From a virus (taxonomy: Duplodnaviria; Caudoviricetes), in IMG/VR virus record IMGVR_UViG_3300005253_002116, positions 1 to 57,309 of that record: a stretch of DNA of 57,309 nt, one strand, 5' to 3'. Every line of letters starts with the position of its first letter. Within the stretch, counting starts at the first letter, position 1. The notes below the pieces were generated by a model. That model had not been told where the DNA came from and did no database searches. It saw nothing but the letters and a program-made list of their open reading frames with translations. Below, piece after piece: positions 49,200-57,309 of the stretch. A program made the position numbers and the translations under genes.

Positions 49200-49243
49200 T
49201 TCTACCATTATACCATACTTTTCTGTTTTTTTAAAGCGAAAAA
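49003..49243 (-). promoter_or_regulatory. two near-identical extended -10 promoters (49003-49040, 49206-49243), probably leaderless
   Basis: AAAAAACAGAAAAGTATGGTATAAT duplicated; ATG 6 and 7 nt after TATAAT. Confidence 0.65.
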
Positions 49244-49248
49244 TGAAA

Positions 49249-51003
49249 TTAACTGGTCGACCGACCCAATGAAGCGAATTCACTGGCTTGTGGGTTCCCA
49301 CCTGTTAACGCCTGCTGAAGGATTTGCGACTTCCCGCTCTCGGTTGCACCAGGGCGATTCACACGCTCAGATGTATGGGTGGTATTCTGGGGTCGCGACT
49401 TCGTAACTGGCTTATTCCCCACTTCATCTGTGGAAAAACCATCCGCAAATGATATCATTTCGGCAATCTCCGGCATGTTGGAATACTTCGCAATTGTCTC
49501 CAGAACACTTTTGACATTCAAGGAACCTCCAGATGCTTCAATCATCGGTAACATCGGAATAATATATTGTTGCCAAATAGCTGCAAACTTTTGAAGTTTA
49601 GCTGACGGTGAATCGTCTTGAAAACTGTAAACATCAATCTTGAGATCGTACAAATCAAAAGTGCCTTGACGTGTTTCTCTATTCCAAGGAACAACAATTT
49701 TTACATCAGTCCCCGGAATCGGCCTTTCAAGTTCACGTGTCCTAACAAGATCATTCCATTCGTAATAAGCCAATGAACCGAAAATATCTTTCGAGAAATC
49801 AGTTACCTGAGACGCCATATCCCGGAGTTGAGCACTTGATGCGGCACTGATAAGTTTATCCTGTCCAACTGTTTCGCTTTGAACACTAATCCCGCCAAGC
49901 GACTCGAAGTTGTTTCCGAAGTAATTAAAGAGATCCTTTGTCTGGAGGAAGAAAGCAAGGGTAACTTGATCGACGCCACCAGACACCAACCTCTCTGGCT
50001 TTGGCCCTGTATAGGTGATTCCATCCCCATCGTTAGCTGCCTTAAAGCTCTTCACACTCTCATCGTTACCACCAGAGAAGCCAAGCACACTTTTAGCAGA
50101 GTCGGCCTGCTGTCCAAGCTTACGAAAGAGTCTATTGGCAAGCTCGTGCAAGTCACGCCAGATTGCAACCGGCGGAACAGGCAGTAGGTTTCCCGGCACC
50201 TTATCAAACCCTAAAATGTGATATGGTCCGAGTTCTGGTCCCTTCCAATCTACATCACTTAGTAACCTATTATCTTTTGAGGCATAAGTCAAGAAGATTC
50301 CCTCTTCCGGCAACCAAATATCTCTGATCAACTTTTTATCCTTGAAAAGCTCAGCTTGCTCATTCTGACCAATTTCTTCGGCACGTCCCTCACCACCTTC
50401 TCCAATCGTAGTGTAGACATCTGATGTCAAACCATTTATTCTCTTCTTCGAGAAAAGACCACCTTCCATTAATTCCTCATAATTCATCCAATATTCGTTA
50501 CCAATATATTGGAGCTGCCACCAGTTTTTTGCTGACATATCAATAATGAGATCATCCAAGGTGACAACATCAACAAAGGGCGTTCCAATACGATGCCCCA
50601 TGAGTTCTCCGCTGTCAGCAAGTCCAACCTTCGCTATACCGAATGAAAAGAGTGCCTCAAGAACTAAGTCCTTAAAGGTTGATTGCAACTTAATTTCTTC
50701 TGGAATTTCATTTACAGCAATCTCAAGATTAGCAGCCGTTGACTTTAGTGCATCCTTCTTAGTGGTAATAAGAACCTTAGGTGCTTTCGCCGCAAGAAGC
50801 CTAATATAGATTCCCACTGCAAGTTTCAGAAACGGCACAATCACCCTGCGGTCTGCTGACCTCTCGGCGTAATGGTAACCGGCAAACTCACGAATTGCTT
50901 GAATTCGCTTTTTCTTAGGATATTCAAGTTGGAGGTTGCTCCACTTGATTGAAGTCCTGAGCTTGTCGAAACGTCTTTCACCTAGGACACTATTTTCAGC
51001 CAT
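49249..51003 (-). CDS. portal protein
   Basis: ~585 aa directly after TerL; SETVGQDKL motif. Confidence 0.8.
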   Translation of the reverse strand: MAENSVLGERRFDKLRTSIKWSNLQLEYPKKKRIQAIREFAGYHYAERSADRRVIVPFLKLAVGIYIRLLAAKAPKVLITTKKDALKSTAANLEIAVNEIPEEIKLQSTFKDLVLEALFSFGIAKVGLADSGELMGHRIGTPFVDVVTLDDLIIDMSAKNWWQLQYIGNEYWMNYEELMEGGLFSKKRINGLTSDVYTTIGEGGEGRAEEIGQNEQAELFKDKKLIRDIWLPEEGIFLTYASKDNRLLSDVDWKGPELGPYHILGFDKVPGNLLPVPPVAIWRDLHELANRLFRKLGQQADSAKSVLGFSGGNDESVKSFKAANDGDGITYTGPKPERLVSGGVDQVTLAFFLQTKDLFNYFGNNFESLGGISVQSETVGQDKLISAASSAQLRDMASQVTDFSKDIFGSLAYYEWNDLVRTRELERPIPGTDVKIVVPWNRETRQGTFDLYDLKIDVYSFQDDSPSAKLQKFAAIWQQYIIPMLPMIEASGGSLNVKSVLETIAKYSNMPEIAEMISFADGFSTDEVGNKPVTKSRPQNTTHTSERVNRPGATESGKSQILQQALTGGNPQASEFASLGRSTS

Positions 51004-51005
51004 CA

Positions 51006-52823
51006 CTACCAACCTTCACTTCTAGGGAGTTGCAAATTTGATTCTCTTGGTTTCTTGTTCTTCGCTTTACGCCATGCCAGAGACCCTATCGGAATTTCAG
51101 GTTTACTCTGCTCTGGTATATATGTTCTCTCTGTCATGCCTCGCAACGCGAGTGCATCGGCAATCACGCGATCTCCGTGGTTATGCTTTGCACCAGAAGG
51201 ATCTTCTTTGTTATTTTCGCGAGAGTGTTCCGGAAGACCTTGAATATTATAGACATATTCCAAACACTCTTCAAGGGCAATCTTTGACGTGTTGATAATC
51301 TTAGATCCCTGTACAGCTTCTCGATAACTACCGATCAGCAGACCCTTAGTTTCTTTTGCTGAGTGCCATCCGGGTTTAAGAGTTTGTTTCTTGCTAATTG
51401 CCTCCTCCATTTTACGGAAGTAGATATTTCCGTACCTGCATTCTTGTACCCTCGAAGAGAATTGCAATCCTGGTCCATTACTCTCCCAAATAAGATAGGC
51501 ATTATGCAGCCATCTTGCGATAGCAACCATTTGTTTTGCAAATTCCTCTGGCAGTATATACGGATTAGCGTATTCAAGTACCTTTTCGTAAGTCGTAATG
51601 TCATAACCGCAACCTGTTGAATTTGAGTTGCCTGTACCAGCCGACACATCACAACCAAGCACATACTTACGTTCTCGTGGTAGTATACCCTCTCTGTCAG
51701 GGGCAACCCACAGCTTCAAGTGACCCTTCTCTCGTTCTTGGAATCCAACTGGTTCCGAGGTTAAAGAATCATATTCTAAATCTCCTATTAAGAGATAATT
51801 ACGTGCATTTTTACGAATTGACTCTTGAACAAGATCCTGTATGAAGTATTGATGACCGCTACCAAGGTAGTCGATCATTACCTCTTGGTAGATTTCTTGA
51901 TCCGTTGCAGCACGCTCGTCTTCAATATCTAGCCACGGAGAACGCGGGTCCCACTTGCCATCTAGAACCGGCTCGTATCCTTTTGGGTATCCCTTTTTAT
52001 CAAGTATTTCGAGATTCCCATTACTATCGGCACGGTATAAACCCTTGATTTTTTCAGGGTGTTCGGTCCAGAAAAACCTGAGTTTTTTGATATTTGTTTC
52101 TTTAACTGTGAAATAGGCATTATTAATTCCCTGAGGCGTTGAATTAAAAAGTCGACTGCGTGTAGCGTGACTTGTTGAGGATAACACTTTGTGGCCTTCT
52201 GTAACTGCTGCAAACTCGTCAAGCAAAATTGCAGTACGTCTATCTCCTCTTGCAATGTCTCCTGTTGTTGCTTCACCATCAATAACACTCTTAGTAACAG
52301 GATTTTTGAGATGGTATTTTAGGCGATGTTCTTTTTTAATAAATCCCGCTGGCATAAGCCAAGCCGGCAAATTATCATGCAAAAAGTCTATTTTCCAAAA
52401 AAGGGATTTTGGGTTATCAGAAGCATCTACATACCTAGAATCCCTTGATACTATTAAAAAAGACATAAGCTTCCGAAAATGCCACAACCACTCAAATGCA
52501 ACTAAATTTAACCAACTCGCTCCCATATCGCGAGTTTTTTCAATCAGAAGATCGTGATTACCTATTGCCTTAAAGATTTCAAGCAATCCGTCACGCTGAA
52601 AATCATATAAGATAAAAGGAATCCTTTTATTTCCTTCAAGCCTAGGATCAAAAGTGTAAACAAAACCATTTATATAAAAAATAGGATCTTTTGCACAGGC
52701 ACCTTGTATCACTTTTATAAAAGACGGATCTTCTAAAACTCGCTGAAAGACCTTTTTACGCCATTTGAGATTTTCCTTGATTTCCTTCGGAACATAACGC
52801 TCAAATGGAGTCCTAACTTTCAT
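51006..52823 (-). CDS. terL: terminase large subunit
   Basis: EKTRDMGASW, ARGDR, LLDEFA, NSTPQG, LGCDVSAG, HGDRVIADAL. Confidence 0.9.
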   Translation of the reverse strand: MKVRTPFERYVPKEIKENLKWRKKVFQRVLEDPSFIKVIQGACAKDPIFYINGFVYTFDPRLEGNKRIPFILYDFQRDGLLEIFKAIGNHDLLIEKTRDMGASWLNLVAFEWLWHFRKLMSFLIVSRDSRYVDASDNPKSLFWKIDFLHDNLPAWLMPAGFIKKEHRLKYHLKNPVTKSVIDGEATTGDIARGDRRTAILLDEFAAVTEGHKVLSSTSHATRSRLFNSTPQGINNAYFTVKETNIKKLRFFWTEHPEKIKGLYRADSNGNLEILDKKGYPKGYEPVLDGKWDPRSPWLDIEDERAATDQEIYQEVMIDYLGSGHQYFIQDLVQESIRKNARNYLLIGDLEYDSLTSEPVGFQEREKGHLKLWVAPDREGILPRERKYVLGCDVSAGTGNSNSTGCGYDITTYEKVLEYANPYILPEEFAKQMVAIARWLHNAYLIWESNGPGLQFSSRVQECRYGNIYFRKMEEAISKKQTLKPGWHSAKETKGLLIGSYREAVQGSKIINTSKIALEECLEYVYNIQGLPEHSRENNKEDPSGAKHNHGDRVIADALALRGMTERTYIPEQSKPEIPIGSLAWRKAKNKKPRESNLQLPRSEGW

Positions 52824-53431
52824 CCGCAATCATGTCCACCACGAGGACGAACTGCCTTTTTCTCAGGGGTTACATCTGTTACAACGAAAGGACATTCACA
52901 GGAATGAAAAACAGATGTCATATACGATTCTACTAAATCCCTAGTAACGTAATGCTCTCCGTAGCTCTCCGGCCAATCAATCTCAAACAGGCGTTTCATT
53001 GTCTTCGTCCTTAGGGGTTATATCTGTTATGTTAATTTCAAGGAAAATATCACCTAAAACACTCCGAAGTTTTTTTTGGTCAATATAATTCTCTCCATAG
53101 TAATCGTCCCATTCAATCTCAAACAGTTTCTTCATTTTTCTCGTCCTTGGGAGTTACATCTACAATACCTAATGAAACATCCCTGCCGATATGTTCCTTG
53201 GTTCTAATGCACGTACGAAGATTATCTACATTCATCCACATTGGACCACTATCATCATCCCATTCAATCTCAAACAAGCGTTTCATTGTCTTCGTCCTTG
53301 GGGGTTACATCTAGAACAGTTACTTCTTCTCTACAGATCATCTTCTCAAGGAAATCCCAGAAAATTTCATCAGTTATATAATCTTTTCCGAGACTATCAG
53401 GCCAACTAATTTCAAAACATTTTGCTACCAT
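52820..53431 (-). CDS. four tandem overlapping paralogous microproteins (53270-53431, 53119-53286, 52983-53135, 52820-52999)
   Basis: FEI.W near the start and D(V/I)TP near the end of all four; ~50-bp junction repeated in DNA. Confidence 0.8.
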
Positions 53432-53637
53432 CACTTAGTCTTTTTCTTCGTTAGTATCCTGACCAGCCATTATAGATAAGTTTTTGTGCATTTATCTTCC
53501 TTTTCCAAGAGTGAATAAATGGTGTCTGAAAGAATTGCAAGACCATCATTCTTTGAATTTTCCGTGAACAGTTTTAAGATTCTTTTTAACAGTTCAAGGT
53601 CATCTCTTGTTATACCTGTAGTTTCAAATACTGCCAT

Positions 53638-53913
53638 TTAGTCTCCTAGACTTTTCAATTCCCAAAAGAAAGAATCTTTAGGATACTCAATAAATATAGT
53701 TACAAGAAAAACTTGATTTGACATGAAGTTTAGTTGAATAAAGAGAGAATAAGCATTACTGTATTCTTTTTTTTGCTCTTGAATAATCTGAGCATCCCAA
53801 AAATTCACAGCATCCCAAAAACCCACTACCTGAGGGTTAGGACTTATATTGCCGGCAAAGGTAACCGTGCAGAAACAACACAACATTACAATAGTTAACG
53901 CTATTTTCTTCAT
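53638..53913 (-). CDS. small exported protein
   Basis: MKKIALTIVMLCCFCTVTFA signal peptide. Confidence 0.55.
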   Translation of the reverse strand: MKKIALTIVMLCCFCTVTFAGNISPNPQVVGFWDAVNFWDAQIIQEQKKEYSNAYSLFIQLNFMSNQVFLVTIFIEYPKDSFFWELKSLGD

Positions 53914-54611
53914 TTCTCAGTCTCCTTGGAAAATACTATTGCGGCAGGTAGTGCCTCTTCGCTGTCCAATAGAGAATCATCAGGTTCTTCATCTTCCTCT
54001 GCGAGCATCTTGAGTTGCTCGTCAATATCCATAAGAGCCATTTTGGTTTGCTTTTTAAGTTCCTTTTCAGCAGAGTCATCTAAGACCTTATTGAGAACCT
54101 GAGTAAACTTCCCCATAAAGTCCTTAGGTTGGCTTGTGGCTTGGATGTACAGAAAGTACGCTTGATCATTTGGGCAAGAACGTGGCTCTTCTCCGGTACG
54201 GAGCTTCAAGCCGGCTGATTGGATAGCCCAAAGGAGGTTATCCTTTAATGAGAGCTTCTGTCCTTCATTTAGAATAGAATCCCCAGATAAAAGAGGAGTT
54301 TCCGCAGATTGAGCTTGTTTCCGGGTAGGAATCGGGTTGACTAAGCCAATAGGCGGTATAGGGCCGGCTTTTGACATCTTGTTTGGTGAAGTCCGCCCCA
54401 TTCCCGGTTTTGGGATTAGATTGGCTTTCTGAAGGTAATTTCTTACTGTCTGCGGGCAGACCTTGTATTTCAGTCCAAGTTTTGATTGTGTCTCTCCTCC
54501 CTTATATTCTTCCCTTAGTTCCGAAATCTGTTTATCGGTGAGTACATTTCTTCCGCTGTAACCTGCTTCGAGTCGTTCCTCTTCGGTCATAACACTAATC
54601 ATTTGGTTCAT
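53910..54611 (-). CDS. putative terminase small subunit (N-terminal HTH)
   Basis: LTDKQISELRE..GETQSKLG.KY.V..TVRNY HTH; acidic C-terminus; upstream of terL. Confidence 0.55.
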   Translation of the reverse strand: MNQMISVMTEEERLEAGYSGRNVLTDKQISELREEYKGGETQSKLGLKYKVCPQTVRNYLQKANLIPKPGMGRTSPNKMSKAGPIPPIGLVNPIPTRKQAQSAETPLLSGDSILNEGQKLSLKDNLLWAIQSAGLKLRTGEEPRSCPNDQAYFLYIQATSQPKDFMGKFTQVLNKVLDDSAEKELKKQTKMALMDIDEQLKMLAEEDEEPDDSLLDSEEALPAAIVFSKETEK

Positions 54612-55178
54612 TAAGACATATCCTCACTTCCTTCTATACAATATAGAACATAATTGAGACCTTCAGAAAATAAGACTCCTCTTTTTTCATCTTTACATTT
54701 GCACGTTTCAACACCACATACGCAAAAGAAAGTGTTTATTCTTTTACATTTTGGACAACCATGTATTTCATTTTTTCTAACTGATCCGTTCCAGAGCCAA
54801 TTTTGTTCCTTTGGTAAGAAGGGATTCTTCGCCTTGAGTCTCTCTTCTACTGTACCCTTCCAACCACATTCAACACAAGTGAGAATATTATCTGGGTTCA
54901 TGTTTTCTGCACCAAAGAAGAAGTTCCCCATTTTCTAATTGTTTTCCACCGATTTCAGCATTTTCGCATCCTTTTTTGTCACATTTCCAATAGAACTGAT
55001 TTGTTGATTTACATTCCGGGCAACCGTAAACGAGATGTTTGTCGGGGTGCATAAATTCCACAGGCATAAAGGGATTGTCAGCGGTGAGTTGTTCGCTTGA
55101 TTTCCCTTCCCATCCACATACTATACAGTTCCAATTTCGGGGGTTATCTACAAAGGTTTGGGTCCATGCCTGGATCAT
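54611..55178 (-). CDS. two tandem paralogous multi-Cys zinc-finger proteins (54888-55178, 54611-54901)
   Basis: CxxCGW.G....L.A.NPF...GCP.CK..N.F...C....C in both. Confidence 0.75.
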
Positions 55179-55184
55179 TCCCTC

Positions 55185-55213
55185 ATTATATCATGGATCT
55201 CTGAAATTCCTAG
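55185..55213 (-). promoter_or_regulatory. extended -10 promoter for the leftward operon, probably leaderless
   Basis: TGATATAAT with ATG 55178 six nt downstream. Confidence 0.6.
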
Positions 55214-55524
55214 TATTTTTTTCATTTTTTTAATTAGGCATGGATGGGGGCTACCGCCCCCCTAACTCCCCACAACGCCGGGGGGTTTGGTTCGGCCTGA
55301 GCTTATTGTGTAACAGTCTGTTACAATGTGTAACGCTGCCGGCTCACCCTTGTGAGGGGGTGGGCGTGAGGTGGGCAGCCCCACGACCCACCATTACCCA
55401 CGCTTATGGCAGTATTAGGTTTACTCATAGACACGTGCAGGTAACACTGCACAACGACCTTACGGGTTACAATGATCAGTGTACGCACTATGCGGATACT
55501 TCGAGATTATCCATGGATAGCCAT

Positions 55525-55552
55525 TTGACTTCCACCGCAGGTGTGCTATCGT
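55525..55552 (+). promoter_or_regulatory. promoter at the head of the early-gene array
   Basis: TTGACT-16 nt-TATCGT with extended TG. Confidence 0.5.
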
Positions 55553-55602
55553 TGTCGTAGAGGGCAGACCACTACCACTACATCCTTTCGGAGGCACTCG
55601 TC

Positions 55603-57309
55603 ATGAAGTTTAGACAGGTAGTCACATTTACGCTGGATACCGAAATTGACCCGAAAACCTATCAGGGGCAATCTGCGGAAGAGATTCTCCAAATCTACAA
55701 AAGGAACATAGGAAATGTCCACAGTTTGGTTGTGCAACACCCGCATAGCAGAATTAAGACAACCATCGAAGTAATCTCCAAGTGATCCCCACCCACCGGC
55801 TCCAGCCTCCCTTGGAGCCGCGAGGCGGTTACCACCACTACACTCTTGGAGGATGCGACAATGAACGTTGAAAGAGCTATCTCTGACCTGAAACACAACC
55901 TAACGTACCTGAAAAGCATCAGGGATTGCATCCAATGGGTTCCTGATACAGGGCACGTAGGAATTCACGAATGGATAGAAAGCCTGCCACAACCGCAGAT
56001 CATCTTCGAGCCTGTCAACGCAGACAATGAGTGATCACTGGCTCACGGGCAGCCTGACCTCTGCCCGTCGCCGGTTACCACACCACTACACCACTAGAGA
56101 CGAGACAATGACCAACCTTGACATTCTACTGGGCCACTCCCCTTCCTTAGAGCAATTGCAAGACAGTTCCGACGCCTTAGAAAATAGGATTATTGTCCTA
56201 GAAGAGGAACGAATTCTAATAAGGGTTCGATTGATTGACGCCCGCCGGGAGCGGTTGGATATTCAACGGGCTATAGTGGCTCACCCATGTTACCAGCGGT
56301 AACCGTCACCGGGCCGTCCAAGGGAGGTCGGCCCGTCGACGGTTACCACTACCACACCACTGGAGATGCGACCATGACCTTAAACGAAGCACAGAAAGCG
56401 TACGAGCAAGCTATCCAAGAGGTCGAGACAACCCAAGCTAAACTCCACTCCGCCCGAACGAACCTTCTTCAGACCTCGCCGCAAAACGTGCACAGGGTCT
56501 CCAGTTTCCGATCCATTGCGATTCTGTATGGATTGAATTACGAGCAAGCTGTTCTAAAGGTCGAGACAGCCAAAGCTAACCTCCACTCCGCCCGAACGAA
56601 CCTTCTCGCAATCGAAAAGGCAGATTATGAGGCAACTAAGGCGGAATGTACCCGCCGAAAGGCCGCTAAGTGATCTCCACCCACCGGCTCCAACCTCCCT
56701 TGGAGCCGCGAGGCGGTTACCACTATCACACCCTTTGGAGTACACGACAATGACCACAGCAGACGCAGTAGACAGGGCCGTCATTCGACACGAGAAGGCT
56801 TGCCAAGTCTTTGAAAATGCCCAAGAGAAGGAACATGCGACGTACGAAGAATTGAAAAACGCAATTGAGTACGAGACGAAAGAAAGACTCGACATCTACA
56901 GACCGCACGGTTGTCTGTGATCTCTGGCCAACGGGCCACGTCCCAGCGTGGCCCGCTGCCGGAAACCACTACTACACTCTTGGAGGCGATGCGATGACCG
57001 ACGAACAATTGAGAATAATTGCGAACCCTGACAGCGAGAGATTGACAGATGAAGAACTAAAGAGCATGGCGTGGATACTTAATGAGCTAGCAAAGGATAA
57101 GGCCCCTGAGTGATCTCCACCCACCGGCTCCAGCCTCCCTTGGAGCCGCGAGGCGGAAACCACTATCACACCCTTTGGAGTACACGACAATGAGTACACA
57201 ATACATCGGCGGATCTGCCCTATCAAAGGGGGAAAAGACCAAAGAAACTCTACCCAAAGCGATAAAGGCCTCCGGGAAAACAACCAAGGCCATGTGGGTC
57301 GTTGAGAAA
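55603..57309 (+). CDS. early microgenes: 55603-55785, 55861-56034, 56108-56302, 56374-56673, 56750-56920, 56994-57113, 57190->57309
   Basis: Each starts after the GGAG/GAG RBS of a repeat module and ends at the stop codon that opens the next module. Confidence 0.75.
55783..57192 (+). repeat. early-gene intergenic modules, right part of array (55783, 56032, 56300, 56671, 56918, 57111)
   Basis: Copies at 56671 and 57111 nearly identical and 55783 close; the others keep the hairpin and ACCAC tract with changed stem sequence. Confidence 0.9.

Noticed and set aside
28561-52557. Numerous plus-strand ORFs opposite the structural genes
   Set aside because: Shadow frames of long minus-strand genes, without RBSs or recognisable motifs.
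55846-57113. Long N-terminal extensions in the ORF track (55846, 56027, 56287, 56627, 56865; also 5179, 6561) and antisense ORFs containing RLAAPREAGAGGW
   Set aside because: These are read-through of the intergenic repeat modules; true starts follow the module RBS.
55783-57192. Repeat array as a CRISPR array
   Set aside because: Intervening segments are 120-300 nt intact ORFs, the repeats are long and variable and contain RBSs, and there is no cas operon.
55783-57192. Modules as canonical integron attC sites
   Set aside because: No RYYYAAC...GTTRRRY core pair and no IntI or other tyrosine recombinase in the window; kept only as an analogy.

Overview
The window has two unrelated parts. (1) Positions 1 to ~5260 are an AT-rich segment, probably from a large phage. 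It holds a dNMP-kinase-like gene and a PrkA/YeaG-YeaH-SpoVR cluster. PrkA carries a LAGLIDADG intein with a 1-nt frameshift, and spoVR is cut off after ~66 codons. (2) Positions ~5259-57309 appear to be a complete, circularly permuted ~52 kb podovirus-like genome: the last 40 codons of the window join in frame to the ATG at 5259. Its minus strand carries TerS, TerL, portal, scaffold, major capsid, tail and ejection proteins, then a lysis-like module with a papain-type peptidase, then Sak4/SSB/nuclease/helicase/Prim-Pol/RusA and nucleotide-metabolism genes. Its plus strand carries many very small genes. Most notable are: (a) an early-gene array in which each microgene is preceded by a conserved ~75-80 nt stop-hairpin-ACCAC-RBS module; (b) five covarying long stem-loops with variable, partly complementary loops at 8479-9284, a candidate structured ncRNA system; (c) several tandem families of diversified microproteins, including a four-unit conserved-junction/variable-core array before terL; (d) a homing endonuclease flanked by a duplicated 5' end of its target gene. 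No integrase, reverse transcriptase, tRNA or CRISPR array was recognised. All protein calls rest on motifs and synteny read by eye, not on database searches.
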